Source: Camelus dromedarius (taxonomy: Eukaryota). Taken from it: DNA of 64,000 nt. The notes under the pieces were generated by a model. The model ran no database searches, was not told the DNA's origin, and worked only from the letters and a program-made list of their open reading frames with translations. The DNA is taken from positions 2,232,001-2,296,000 of the forward strand of contig NC_087437.1 in the NCBI RefSeq assembly GCF_036321535.1. Reading direction: 5' to 3'. Within the stretch, counting starts at the first letter, position 1, and each line of letters starts with the position of its first letter. Positions 41,579-56,367 of this stretch are shown piece by piece. The position numbers and the translations under genes were made by a program.

Positions 41579-44500
41579 GAGGCGGGGTGCCGTCTGCCTA
41601 CCTGGTTCGGCGGCGGGGCCCGGGGAAGAGGGTGCCCCTGGTGAACCAGAGGATTTTCTCCCATGTCCCTAGCTGCCTTGCCTCTGGGCGGCCTCCGCTA
41701 ACCCAAGTTCGCCGGACGCAAGCCTTTGAAGTCAGCCTGCTCCTGGGAGCCGGCGAGGTAAGGACAGGGGAAGTGGTCAGCGGCAGACACGGAGGCGGCC
41801 CAGAACGCAAGAGGGATGCCTCGGCGAGTCGGTCATTTTCCTACCATCCCCCCTCTCCTGGCCTCGGGGCGGCCTCTGCTACCGCAGGTGTGCGGCAATT
41901 AATTCTCCTTGTCAGCCAGGTCCTGGGAGTCTGTCCAGGTGAGCCCAAGGGACACGGACGTCGCGGGGAGCGGACTGCCTCGGGTTAGCCGATCAGTTTG
42001 CTCCCATCCCCACAAGCGCCTGGCCTGGGGGCGGCCTGTCCTGCGCCAGGTTCAGAGTATGCACGTTTCCAGCTCAGCCAGCCCACCCGAGGCCGGCGCG
42101 CTGTGATCAGGGTCTGCAATGAGAATTCGGGGCTGACTCACCGAGCCCGTGTATTTGTTCAGATCTCCCTCTTGGCTGGTCCTGGGCTAGGCCTCTACTA
42201 CCCTAGGTCCACGAGGTGCTCATCTCTGTGTTTTTCAGCTCCGGGGAAGCGAGTGCGGGGTGGTCAGGGGGCGGGGAGGGGGCGGGGCGGGGGCGGGGCG
42301 GGGGCAGCTACAGAGAGGGCTGAAGCGGGATGCACGGGCTGCCCAGGCAAGCCTGCGGATTTCCATCCAGTGTCCCCCTCGGCCTGCAATGCGGGCGCCC
42401 TCTGCTGCTTCAGGGTGGGAATTGGCATCCCTCCAGGTGGGTCGAGTACTGGGAGGCTTCCTCCTTTAGACAGACAGAGAGACAAATAAAGAGACAGACA
42501 GACACACTAGCCTCTTCATCCATTGAGAAACAGCCGTATATCCTAACCTCCTCCTCCTCATTCATTATATAGGTAGACAGATACATATATAGACAGACAC
42601 ACACACACACATACACACACTAGCCTCTTCCTACTCCTCAATTAAGTAGGTAGAGAGACACACTAATCTCCTCCTCCTTTAGATAATACATAGACAAACT
42701 TAATACATTTTTCTCCTCCTCCATTAGATAGATGGAAAGTGAGATTGACCGATACACCCAGTAGCCGCTACCTTCTCCTGTTAGAGATACCGAGAGATAG
42801 CCAGACACATGGGATTATTTCTTCTTCTCCATTTGATATAGATAGAGACACACTCACAGACACACAGACAGACAGACACACTACTCTTCTCCTGCTCTGA
42901 CAGACAGAGAGATAGACACTCTAGCCTCCTCCTTCTTCTCGAATACATACAGCTGCATAGATAGATATCTCCTATATAGACAGACAGACTTACTAGCTTA
43001 CTCCTCGTCCATTCGATGCACACATAGACTGTTAGACAGACACAGTAGCCTCTTCCCCTCTTTTTTACACATACTTTGATAAAGAGACCCGCACGCACAC
43101 ACACACACACACACACATACACACAGGCTAGTATCCTCCTCTTCCTCAAATAGGTAGATAGGGAGATAGAAACACTAAATTCCTCCTCCAACAGACAAAC
43201 AAATAAAAAGAAACACTTGCCTACTGCTGTGCCTGCACCTCATAGGTCGATTTTTACACAGATTGATAGATACACAGATAGATAGAGAGATAGATAGATA
43301 GAGAGGCAGGCAAATGGAGAGACATAATATTCGCCTCCTCATCCAGTAGCTATATAGACAGACACACACATAGTCTAGCCTCTCGCATCCTCCAATAGAT
43401 AGACAATCAGCCAGGCAGTCACACATTCTGACACACGTGAGGCGGTGTGCAGTCTGGGGTTGGGCTTCAGCGGCGCCGACCGGGGACAGGTGTGCCACTG
43501 GCGAGCCATAGGACTTTATCCCATGTCCCTAGCTGCCTTGCCTGGGGGCGGCCCCCGCTCCCCCAAATTCGACGGACTGAAGCTTTCAAGTTAGCCTGCT
43601 CGTGGCAGCAGGCGTTGTAAGGAAAGTGGAAGAGGTCAGCGGCAGCTCCGGAAGCGGCAGAGCATCTAAGGGGGATGCCTTGGCGAATCGGTCATTTTCC
43701 TCCCATTTCCCCCTCTCCTGGCCTCGGGGCAGCCTCTGCTACCGCAGGAGTGCGGGATTTCGTTGTCCTTCTCAGCCAGGTCCTAGGAAGCTGTCGAGGT
43801 GTGCTCAGGGAACAGGGATTTTACTTCTAGAGGACTGCCTCGGGTGAGCCGATCAGTTTGCTCCCATCTCCAAAAGCGCCTGGCCTGGGGGCGGCCTCTC
43901 CTTCCCCAGGTTCGCAGTATGCATGTTTCCAGCTCAGCCTGTGCCCTTAGGCAGGCGCGGTGTTCTTAGGGGCTGCATTGAGGAGGCGGGGCTGCTCCAC
44001 CGAGCCCGTGTATTTGCACAGATCTCCCCGTTGACCGGTCCTAGGGTTGGTCTCTGCTACCCTAGTTACACGATGTACACATCTCGTTGTTTTCCGGCTC
44101 CCGGGAGGCAAGTGCGGGGTGGTCAGGGGGCGGGGTGGGGGGTTGGAGTGGCGGTGGCGCCTACACAGAGGGAAGAAGAGGGATGCACGGGCTGTCCAGG
44201 GAAGCCTGTGGATTTCCATCCAGTGTCCCCCTCGGCGTGCAATAAGGGCGCCCTCTGCTGCTTCAGGGTGGGATTTGGCAACCCTCCAGCTGGGCCTAAT
44301 AAAGGGAGGCTTCCTCCATTAGAGAGAGAGACATAAAATAGACAGACAGACACACTAGCCTCTTCCTCCATTTAGAAACACCCATATGTCTTAACCTTCT
44401 CCTCCTAATCCATTATATAGGTAGACAGATACATACATAGACAGACAGACAGACAGACACACACACACACACAAACCCAAACCCACACACAACCTTCCCT

Positions 44501-44969
44501 CCTACCAGTCCTCAATTAAGTAGGTAGAGAGACACACTAATCGCCTTCTCCATTAGATAATAAACAGACAAACGGTATAGACTATTTCTACTCCTCATTT
44601 AGATAGATGGAATGTGAGACTGACGCATTCACACACTAGCCTCTACCTTCTCCTGTTAGAGAGACAGACAGATAGCCAGACTCATGAAATCCTCCATCTT
44701 CTCCATTAGATATACATAGAGAAATCTCTAAGATGCACAGTGAGACAAACACTAGTCTTCTCCTCCTCTGACAGGCCGAGGGATAGATAATCAAGCCTCC
44801 TCATTCTTTTCCATTAGGTATAGTTACATACATACATATCTGATAATAGACAGCCAGACAGACATACTAGCCTACTCTTCCTCCATCAGATACATACATA
44901 GAGTGATAGACAGATACAGTAGGCTCCTCCCCCTTTAGATACAGATACATAGATAGACATCCCCACGAG

Positions 44970-45012
<43 letters not shown>

Positions 45013-45286
45013 GCCTTCTCCTCTTCCTCAAAGAGCTAGATAGTTATATAGACACACTAAAATTCTACTCCAACAGACAGAATTTTAAATGACACACTAT
45101 CTTACTGCTATGCCTCCCCACATAGATAGATAGCTAGCCAGATCGATAGAGAGGCAGGCAAATAGAGAGTCATACTAGTCGCCTCCTCCTCCGTTGGAGA
45201 GACGGACAGACACACACATAGTCTAGCTTCAACCATCCTCCAATAGATAGTCATTCAGGCAAGCAGTCAAACAGACAGACACACCA
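41579..45286. repeat. Dimer B-A(chimeric), 3708 bp
   Basis: B markers 41587 and 45295; single A module at 43602. Confidence 0.9.
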
Positions 45287-48200
45287 GAGGCGGGGTGCCG
45301 TCTGCCTACCTGGTTCGGCGGCGGGGCCCGGGGAAGAGGGTGCCCCTGGTGAACCAGAGGATTTTCTCCCATGTCCCTAGCTGCCTTGCCTCTGGGCGGC
45401 CTCCGCTAACCCAAGTTCGCCGGACGCAAGCCTTTGAAGTCAGCCTGCTCCTGGGAGCCGGCGAGGTAAGGACAGGGGAAGTGGTCAGCGGCAGACACGG
45501 AGGCGGCCCAGAACGCAAGAGGGATGCCTCGGCGAGTCGGTCATTTTCCTACCATCCCCCCTCTCCTGGCCTCGGGGCGGCCTCTGCTACCGCAGGTGTG
45601 CGGCAATTAATTCTCCTTGTCAGCCAGGTCCTGGGAGTCTGTCCAGGTGAGCCCAAGGGACACGGACGTCGCGGGGAGCGGACTGCCTCGGGTTAGCCGA
45701 TCAGTTTGCTCCCATCCCCACAAGCGCCTGGCCTGGGGGCGGCCTGTCCTGCGCCAGGTTCAGAGTATGCACGTTTCCAGCTCAGCCAGCCCACCCGAGG
45801 CCGGCGCGCTGTGATCAGGGTCTGCAATGAGAATTCGGGGCTGACTCACCGAGCCCGTGTATTTGTTCAGATCTCCCTCTTGGCTGGTCCTGGGCTAGGC
45901 CTCTACTACCCTAGGTCCACGAGGTGCTCATCTCTGTGTTTTTCAGCTCCGGGGAAGCCAGTGCGGGGTGGTCAGGGGGCGGGGAGGGGGCGGGGCGGGG
46001 GCGGGGCGGGGGCAGCTACAGAGAGGGCTGAAGCGGGATGCACGGGCTGCCCAGGCAAGCCTGCGGATTTCCATCCAGTGTCCCCCTCGGCCTGCAATGC
46101 GGGCGCCCTCTGCTGCTTCAGGGTGGCAATTGGCATCCCTCCAGGTGGGTCGAGTACTGGGAGGCTTCCTCCTTTAGACAGACAGAGAGACAAATAAAGA
46201 GACAGACAGACACACTAGCCTCTTCATCCATTGAGAAACAGCCGTATATCCTAACCTCCTCCTCCTCATTCATTATATAGGTAGACAGATACATATATAG
46301 ACAGACACACACACACACATACACACACTAGCCTCTTCCTACTCCTCAATTAAGTAGGTAGAGAGACACACTAATCTCCTCCTCCTTTAGATAATACATA
46401 GACAAACTTAATACATTTTTCTCCTCCTCCATTAGATAGATGGAAAGTGAGATTGACCGATACACCCAGTAGCCGCTACCTTCTCCTGTTAGAGATACCG
46501 AGAGATAGCCAGACACATGGGATTATTTCTTCTTCTCCATTTGATATAGATAGAGACACACTCACAGACACACAGACAGACAGACACACTACTCTTCTCC
46601 TGCTCTGACAGACAGAGAGATAGACACTCTAGCCTCCTCCTTCTTCTCGAATACATACAGCTGCATAGATAGATATCTCCTATATAGACATACAGACTTA
46701 CTAGCTTACTCCTCGTCCATTCGATGCACACATAGACTGTTAGACAGACACAGTAGCCTCTTCCCCTCTTTGTTACACATACTTTGATAAAGAGACCCGC
46801 ACGCACACACACACACACACACACATACACACAGGCTAGCATCCTCCTCTTCCTCAAATAGGTAGATAGGGAGATAGAAACACTAAATTCCTCCTCCAAC
46901 AGACAAACAAATAAAAAGAAACACTTGCCTACTGCTGTGCCTGCACCTCATAGGTCGATTTTTACACAGATTGATAGATACACAGATAGATAGAGAGATA
47001 GATAGATAGAGAGGCAGGCAAATGGAGAGACATAATATTCGCCTCCTCATCCAGTAGCTATATAGACAGACACACACATAGTCTAGCCTCTCGCATCCTC
47101 CAATAGATAGACAATCAGCCAGGCAGTCACACATTCTGACACACGTGAGGCGGTGTGCAGTCTGGGGTTGGGCTTCAGCGGCGCCGACCGGGGACAGGTG
47201 TGCCACTGGCGAGCCATAGGACTTTATCCCATGTCCCTAGCTGCCTTGCCTGGGGGCGGCCCCCGCTCCCCCAAATTCGACGGACTGAAGCTTTCAAGTT
47301 AGCCTGCTCGTGGCAGCAGGCGTTGTAAGGAAAGTGGAAGAGGTGAGCGGCAGCTCCGGAAGCGGCAGAGCATCTAAGGGGGATGCCTCGGCGAATCGGT
47401 CATTTTCCTCCCATTTCCCCCTCTCCTGGCCTCGGGGCAGCCTCTGCTACCCCAGGAGTGCGGGATTTCGTTGTCCTTGTCAGCCAGGTCCTAGGAAGCT
47501 GTCGAGGTGTGCTCAGGGGACAGGGATGTCGCTTCTAGAGGACTGCCTCGGGTGAGCCGATCAGTTTGCTCCCATCTCCACAAGCGCCTGGCCTGGGGGC
47601 GGCCTCTCCTTCCCCAGGTTCGCAGTATGCATGTTTCCAGCTCAGCCTGTGCCCTTAGGCAGGCGCGGTGTTCTTAGGGGCTGCATTGAGGAGGCGGGGC
47701 TGCTCCACCGAGCCCGTGTATTTGCACAGATCTCCCCGTTGACCGGTCCTAGGGTTGGTCTCTGCTACCCTAGGTACACGATGTACACATCTCGTTGTTT
47801 TCCGGCCCCCGGGAGGCAAGTGCGGGGTGGTCAGGGGGCGGGGTGGGGGGTTGGAGTGGCGGTGGCGCCTACACAGAGGGAAGAAGAGGGATGCACGGGC
47901 TGTCCAGGGAAGCCTGTGGATTTCCATCCAGTGTCCCCCTCGGCGTGAAATAAGCCCGCCCTCTGCTGCTTCAGGGTGGGATTTGACAACCCTCCAGCTG
48001 GGCCTAATAAAGGGAGGCTTCCTCCATTAGACAGACAGAGAGACATATAAAGAGACAGACAGACACACTAGCCTCTTCATCCATTGAGAAACAGCCGTAT
48101 ATCCTAACCTCCTCCTCCTCATTCATTATATAGGTAGGCAGATACATATATAGACAGACACACACACACACATACACACACTAGCCTCTTCCTACTCCTC

Positions 48201-50525
48201 AATTAAGTAAGGAGAGAGACACAATAATCTCCTCCTCCATTAGATAATAGATAGACAAACTTAGTACATTTTTTCTCCTCCTCCATTTGGTAGATGGATA
48301 GTGAGATTGACCGATACACCCAGTAGCCGCTACCTTCTCCTGTTAGAGATACTGAGAGATAGCCAGACACATGGGATTATTTCTTCTTCTCCATTTGATA
48401 TAGATAGAGACACACTCACAGACACACAGACAGACAGACACACTACTCTTCTCCTGCTCTGACAGACAGAGAGATAGACACTCTAGCCTCCTCCTTCTTC
48501 TCGAATACATACAGCTGCATAGATAGATATCTCATATATAGACAGACAGACTTACTAGCTTACTCCTCGTCCATTCGATGCACACATAGACTGTTAGACA
48601 GACACAGTAGCCTCTTCCCCTCTTTGTTACACATACTTTGATAAAGAGACCCGCACGCACACACACACACACATACACACAGGCTAGCATCCTCCTCTTC
48701 CTCAAGTAGGTAGATAGGGAGATAGAAACACTAAATTCCCGCTCCAACAGACACACAAATAAAAAGACACACTTGCCTACTGCTGTGCCTGAACTACATA
48801 GGTCGATTTTTACACAGATTGATAGATACACAGATAGATAGAGAGATAGATAGGTAGAGAGGCAGGCAAATGGAGAGACATAATTTTCGCCTCCTCCTCC
48901 AGTAGATATATAGACAGACACACACATAGTCTAGCCTCTCGCATCCTCCAATAGATAGACAATCAGCCAGGCAGTCAGACAGACTGACACACGTGAGGCT
49001 GTGTGCAGTTTGGGGTTGGGCTTCAGCGGCGTCCACCGGGGACAGTTGTGCCCCTGGCGAGTCATAGGATTTCATCCCATGTCCCTAGCTGCCTTGCCTG
49101 CGGGCGGCCCCCGCTCCCCCAAATTCGACGGACTGAAGCTTTCAAGTTAGCCTGCTCGTGGCAGCAGGCGTTGTAAGGAAAGTGGAAGAGGTCAGCGGCA
49201 GTTCCGGAAGCGGCAGAGCATCTAAGGGGGATGCCTCGGCGAATCGGTCATTTTCCTCCCATTTCCCCCTCTCCTGGCCTCGGGGCAGCCTCTGATACCG
49301 CAGGAGTGCGGGATTTACTTGTCCTTGTCAGCCAGGTCCTAGGAAGCTGTCGAGGTGTGCTCAGGGGACAGGGATGTCGCTTCTAGAGGACTGCCTCGGG
49401 TGAGCCGATCAGTTTGCTCCCATCTCCACAAGCGCCTGGCCTGGGGGCGGCCTCTCCTTCCCCAGGTTCGCAGTATGCATGTTTCCAGCTCAGCCTGTGC
49501 CCTTAGGCAGGCGCGGTGTTCTTAGGGGCTACATTGAGGAGGCGGGGCTGCTCCACCGAGCCCGTGTATTTGCACAGATCTCCCCGTTGACCGGTCCTAG
49601 GGTTGGTCTCTGCTACCCTAGTTACACGATGTACACATCTCGGTGTTTTCCGGCTCCCGGGAGGCAAGTGCGGGGTGGTCAGGGTGCGGGGTGGGGGGTT
49701 GGACTGGCGGTGGCGCCTACACAGAGAGAAGAAGAGGGATGCACGGGCTGTCCAGGGAAGCCTTTGGATTTCCATCCAGTGTCCCCCTAGGCGTGCAATA
49801 AGGGCGCCCTCTGCTGCTTCAGGGTGGGATTTGGCATCCCTCCAGCTGGGCCTAATACAGGGAGGCTTCCTCCATTAGAGAGAGAGACAAAAAATAGACA
49901 GACAGACACACTAGCCTCTTCCTCCTTTTAGAAACACCCATATGTCTTAACCTTCTCCTCCTAATCCATTATATAGGTAGACAGATACATACATAGACAG
50001 ACAGACAGACACACACACACACACACACAAACCCAAACCCACACACAACCTTCCCTCCTACCAGTCCTCAATTAAGTAGGTAGAGAGACACACTAATCGC
50101 CTTCTCCATTAGATAATGAACAGACAAACGGTATAGACTATTTCTACTCCTCATTTAGATAGATGGAATGTGAGACTGACGCATTCACACACTAGCCTCT
50201 ACCTTCTCCTGTTAGAGAGACAGACAGATAGCCAGACACATGAAATCCTCCATCTTCTCCATTAGATATACATAGAGAAATCTCTAAGATGCACAGAGAG
50301 ACAAACACTAGTCTTCTCCTCCTCTGACAGGCCGAGGGATAGATAATCAAGCCTCCTCATTTTTTTCCATTAGGTATAGATACATACATACATATCTGAT
50401 AACAGACAGCCAGACAGACATACTAGCCTACTCTTCCTCCATCAGATACATACATAGACTGATAGACAGATACAGTAGGCTCCTCCCCCTTTAGATACAG
50501 ATACATAGATAGACATCCCCACGAG

Positions 50526-50557
<32 letters not shown>

Positions 50558-53500
50558 AGCCTTCTCCTCTTCCTCAAAGAGCTAGATAGTTATATAGACA
50601 CACTAAAATTCTACTCCAACAGACAGAATTTTAAATGACACACTATCTTACTGCTATGCCTCCCCACATAGATAGATAGCTAGCCAGATCGATAGAGAGG
50701 CAGGCAAATAGAGAGTCATACTAGTCGCCTCCTCCTCCGTTGGAGAGACAGACAGACACACACATAGTCTAGCTTCAACCATCCTCCAATAGATAGTCAT
50801 TCAGGCAAGCAGTCAAACAGACAGACACACCAGAGGCGGGGTGCCGTCTGCCTACCTGGTTCGGCGGCGGGGCCCGGGGAAGAGGGTGCCCCTGGTGAAC
50901 CAGAGGATTTTCTCCCATGTCCCTAGCTGCCTTGCCTCTGGGCGGCCTCCGCTAACCCAAGTTCGCCGGACGCAAGCCTTTGAAGTCAGCCTGCTCCTGG
51001 GAGCCGGCGAGGTAAGGACAGGGGAAGTGGTCAGCGGCAGACACGGAGGCGGCCCAGAACGCAAGAGGGATGCCTCGGCGAGTCGGTCATTTTCCTACCA
51101 TCCCCCCTCTCCTGGCCTCGGGGCGGCCTCTGCTACCGCAGGTGTGCGGCAATTAATTCTCCTTGTCAGCCAGGTCCTGGGAGTCTGTCCAGGTGAGCCC
51201 AAGGGACACGGACGTCGCGGGGAGCGGACTGCCTCGGGTTAGCCGATCAGTTTGCTCCCATCCCCACAAGCGCCTGGCCTGGGGGCGGCCTGTCCTGCGC
51301 CAGGTTCAGAGTATGCACGTTTCCAGCTCAGCCAGCCCACCCGAGGCCGGCGCGCTGTGATCAGGGTCTGCAATGAGAAGTCGGGGCTGACTCACCGAGC
51401 CCGTGTATTTGTTCAGATCTCCCTCTTGGCTGGTCCTGGGCTAGGCCTCTACTACCCTAGGTCCACGAGGTGCTCATCTCTGTGTTTTTCAGCTCCGGGG
51501 AAGCGAGTGCGGGGTGGTCAGGGGGCGGGGCGGGGGCGGGGCGGGGGCAGCTACAGAGAGGGCTGAAGCGGGATGCACGGGCTGCCCAGGCAAGCCTGCT
51601 GATTTCCATCAAGTGTCCCCCTCGGCCTGCAATGCGGGCGCCCTCTGCTGCTTCAGGGTGGCAATTGGCATCCCTCCAGGTGGGTCGAGTACTGGGAGGC
51701 TTCCTCCTTTAGACAGACAGAGAGACAAATAAAGAGACAGACAGACACACTAGCCTCTTCATCCATTGAGAAACAGCCGTATATCCTAACCTCCTCCTCC
51801 TCATTCATTATATAGGTAGACAGATACATATATAGACAGACACACACACACACATACACACACTAGCCTCTTCCTACTCCTCAATTAAGTAGGTAGAGAG
51901 ACACACTATTCTCCTCCTCCATTAGATAATAGATAGACAAACTTAATACATTTTTCTCCTCCTCCATTAGATAGATGGAAAGTGAGATTGACCGATACAC
52001 CCAGTAGCCGCTACCTTCTCCTGTTAGAGATACCGAGAGATAGCCAGACACATGGGATTATTTCTTCTTCTCCATTTGATATAGATAGAGACACACTCAC
52101 AGACACACAGACAGACACACTACTCTTCTCCTGCTCTGACAGACAGAGAGATAGCCACTCCAGCCTCCTCCTTCTTCTCGAATACATACAGCTGCATAGA
52201 TAGATATCTCCTATATAGACAGACAGACTTACTAGCTTACTCCTCGTCCATTCGATGCACACATAGACTGTTAGACAGACACAGTAGCCTCTTCCCCTCT
52301 TTGTTACACATACTTTGATAAAGAGACCGCACGCACACACACACACACACACACACATACACACAGGCTAGCATCCTCCTCTTCCTCAAATAGGTAGATA
52401 GGGAGATAGAAACACTAAATTCCTCCTCCAACAGACAAACAAATAAAAAGAAACACTTGCCTACTGCTGTGCCTGCACCTCATAGGTCGATTTTTACACA
52501 GATTGATAGATACACAGATAGATAGAGAGATAGATAGATAGAGAGGCAGGCAAATGGAGAGACATAATATTCGCCTCCTCATCCAGTAGCTATATAGACA
52601 GACACACACATAGTCTAGCCTCTCGCATCCTCCAATAGATAGACAATCAGCCAGGCAGTCACACATTCTGACACACGTGAGGCGGTGTGCAGTCTGGGAT
52701 TGGGCTTCAGCGGCGGCGACCGGGGACAGGTGTGCCACTGGCGAGCCATAGGACTTTATCCCATGTCCTTAGCTGCCTTGCCTGGGGGCGGCCCCCGCTC
52801 CCCCAAATTCGACGGACTGAAGCTTTCAAGTTAGCCTGCTCGTGGCAGCAGGCGTTGTAAGGAAAGTGGAAGAGGTGAGCGGCAGCTCCGGAAGCGGCAG
52901 AGCATCTAAGGGGGATGCCTTGGCGAATCGGTCATTTTCCTCCCATTTCCCCCTCTCCTGGCCTCGGGGCAGCCTCTGATACCGCAGGAGTGCGGGATTT
53001 AGTTGTCCTTGTCAGCCAGGTCCTAGGAAGCTGTCGAGGTGTGCTCAGGGGACAGGGATGTCGCTTCTAGAGGACTGCCTCGGGTGAGCCGATCAGTTTG
53101 CTCCCATCTCCACAAGCGCCTGGCCTGGGGGCGGCCTCTCCTTCCCCAGGTTCGCAGTATGCATGTTTCCAGCTCAGCCTGTGCCCTTAGGCAGGCGCGG
53201 TGTTCTTAGGGGCTGCATTGAGGAGGCGGGGCTGCTCCACCGAGCCCGTGTATTTGCACAGATCTCCCCGTTGACCGGTCCTAGGGTTGGTCTCTGCTAC
53301 CCTAGGTACACGATGTACACATCTCGTTGTTTTCCGGCCCCCGGGAGGCAAGTGCGGGGTGGTCAGGGGGCGGGGGGGGGGGTGGCGTTGGTGCCTACAC
53401 AGAGGGAGGAAGAGGGATGCACGGGCTATCCAGGGAAGCCTGTGGATTTCCATCCAGTGTCCCCCTCGGCGTGCAATGAGGGCACCCTCTGCTTCTTCAG

Positions 53501-56060
53501 GGTGGGATTTGGCATCCCTCCAGCTGGGCCTAATAAAGGGAGGCTTCCTCCATTAGACAGACAGAGAGACATATAAAGAGACAGACAGACACACTAGCCT
53601 CTTCATCCATTGAGAAACAGCCGTATATCCTAACCTCCTCCTCCTCATTCATTATATAGGTAGGCAGATACATATATAGACAGACACACACACACACATA
53701 CACACACTAGCCTCTTCCTACTCCTCAATTAAGTAAGGAGAGAAAAACACACTAATCTCCTCCTCCATTAGATAATAGATAGACAAACTTAGTACATTTT
53801 TTCTCCTCCTCCATTTGGTAGATGGATAGTGAGATTGACCGATACACCCAGTAGCCGCTACCTTCTCCTGTTAGAGATACTGAGAGATAGCCAGACACAT
53901 GGGATTATTTCTTCTTCTCCATTTGATATAGATAGAGACACACTCACAGACACACAGACAGACAGACACACTACTCTTCTCCTGCTCTGACAGACAGAGA
54001 GATAGACACTCTAGCCTCCTCCTTCTTCTCGAATACATACAGCTGCATAGATAGATATCTCATATATAGACAGACAGACTTACTAGCTTACTCCTCGTCC
54101 ATTCGATGCACACATAGACTGTTAGACAGACACAGTAGCCTCTTCCCCTCTTTGTTACACATACTTTGATAAAGAGACCGCACGCACACACACACACACA
54201 CACACACATACACACAGGCTAGCATCCTCCTCTTCCTCAAGTAGGTAGATAGGGAGATAGAAACACTAAATTCCCGCTCCAACAGACACACAAATAAAAA
54301 GACACACTTGCCTACTGCTGTGCCTGCACTACATAGATCGATTTTTACACAGATTGATAGATACACAGATAGATAGAGAGATAGATAGATAGAGAGGCAG
54401 GCAAATGGAGAGACATAATATTCGCCTCCTCATCCAGTAGCTATATAGACAGACACACACATAGTCTAGCCTCTCGCATCCTCCAATAGATAGACAATCA
54501 GCCAGGCAGTCACACATTCTGACACACGTGAGGCGGTGTGCAGTCTGGGATTGGGCTTCAGCGGCGGCGACCGGGGACAGGTGTGCCACTGGCGAGCCAT
54601 AGGACTTTATCCCATGTCCTTAGCTGCCTTGCCTGGGGGCGGCCCCCGCTCCCCCAAATTCGACGGACTGAAGCTTTCAAGTTAGCCTGCTCGTGGCAGC
54701 AGGCGTTGTAAGGAAAGTGGAAGAGGTCAGCGGCAGTTCCGGAAGCGGCAGAGCATCTAAGGGGGATGCCTCGGCGAATCGGTCATTTTCCTCCCATTTC
54801 CCCCTCTCCTGGCCTCGGGGCAGCCTCTGATACCGCAGGAGTGCGGGATTTACTTGTCCTTGTCAGCCAGGTCCTAGGAAGCTGTCGAGGTGTGCTCAGG
54901 GGACAGGGATGTCGCTTCTAGAGGACTGCCTCGGGTGAGCCGATCAGTTTGCTCCCATCTCCACAAGCGCCTGGCCTGGGGGCGGCCTCTCCTTCCCCAG
55001 GTTCGCAGTATGCATGTTTCCAGCTCAGCCTGTGCCCTTAGGCAGGCGCGGTGTTCTTAGGGGCTACATTGAGGAGGCGGGGCTGCTCCACCGAGCCCGT
55101 GTATTTGCACAGATCTCCCCGTTGACCGGTCCTAGGGTTGGTCTCTGCTACCCTAGTTACACGATGTACACATCTCGGTGTTTTCCGGCTCCCGGGAGGC
55201 AAGTGCGGGGTGGTCAGGGTGCGGGGTGGGGGGTTGGACTGGCGGTGGCGCCTACACAGAGAGAAGAAGAGGGATGCACGGGCTGTCCAGGGAAGCCTTT
55301 GGATTTCCATCCAGTGTCCCCCTAGGCGTGCAATAAGGGCGCCCTCTGCTGCTTCAGGGTGGGATTTGGCATCCCTCCAGCTGGGCCTAATACAGGGAGG
55401 CTTCCTCCATTAGAGAGAGAGACAAAAAATAGACAGACAGACACACTAGCCTCTTCCTCCTTTTAGAAACACCCATATGTCTTAACCTTCTCCTCCTAAT
55501 CCATTATATAGGTAGACAGATACATACATAGACAGACAGACAGACACACACACACACACACACAAACCCAAACCCACACACAACCTTCCCTCCTACCAGT
55601 CCTCAATTAAGTAGGTAGAGAGACACACTAATCGCCTTCTCCATTAGATAATAAACAGACAAACGGTATAGACTATTTCTACTCCTCATTTAGATAGATG
55701 GAATGTGAGACTGACGCATTCACACACTAGCCTCTACCTTCTCCTGTTAGAGAGACAGACAGATAGCCAGACACATGAAATCCTCCATCTTCTCCATTAG
55801 ATATACATAGAGAAATCTCTAAGATGCACAGAGAGACAAACACTAGTCTTCTCCTCCTCTGACAGGCCGAGGGATAGATAATCAAGCCTCCTCATTTTTT
55901 TCCATTAGGTATAGATACATACATACATATCTGATAACAGACAGCCAGACAGACATACTAGCCTACTCTTCCTCCATCAGATACATACATAGACTGATAG
56001 ACAGATACAGTAGGCTCCTCCCCCTTTAGATACAGATACATAGATAGACATCCCCACGAG

Positions 56061-56092
<32 letters not shown>

Positions 56093-56367
56093 AGCCTTCT
56101 CCTCTTCCTCAAAGAGCTAGATAGTTATATAGACACACTAAAATTCTACTCCAACAGACAGAATTTTAAATGACACACTATCTTACTGCTATGCCTCCCC
56201 ACATAGATAGATAGCTAGCCAGATCGATAGAGAGGCAGGCAAATAGAGAGTCATACTAGTCGCCTCCTCCTCCGTTGGAGAGACAGACAGACACACACAT
56301 AGTCTAGCTTCAACCATCCTCCAATAGATAGTCATTCAGGCAAGCAGTCAAACAGACAGACACACTA
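45287..56367. repeat. Two diverged trimers (5546, 5535 bp)
   Basis: B markers 45295, 50841, 56376, with two A modules each and many private variants. Confidence 0.88.
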
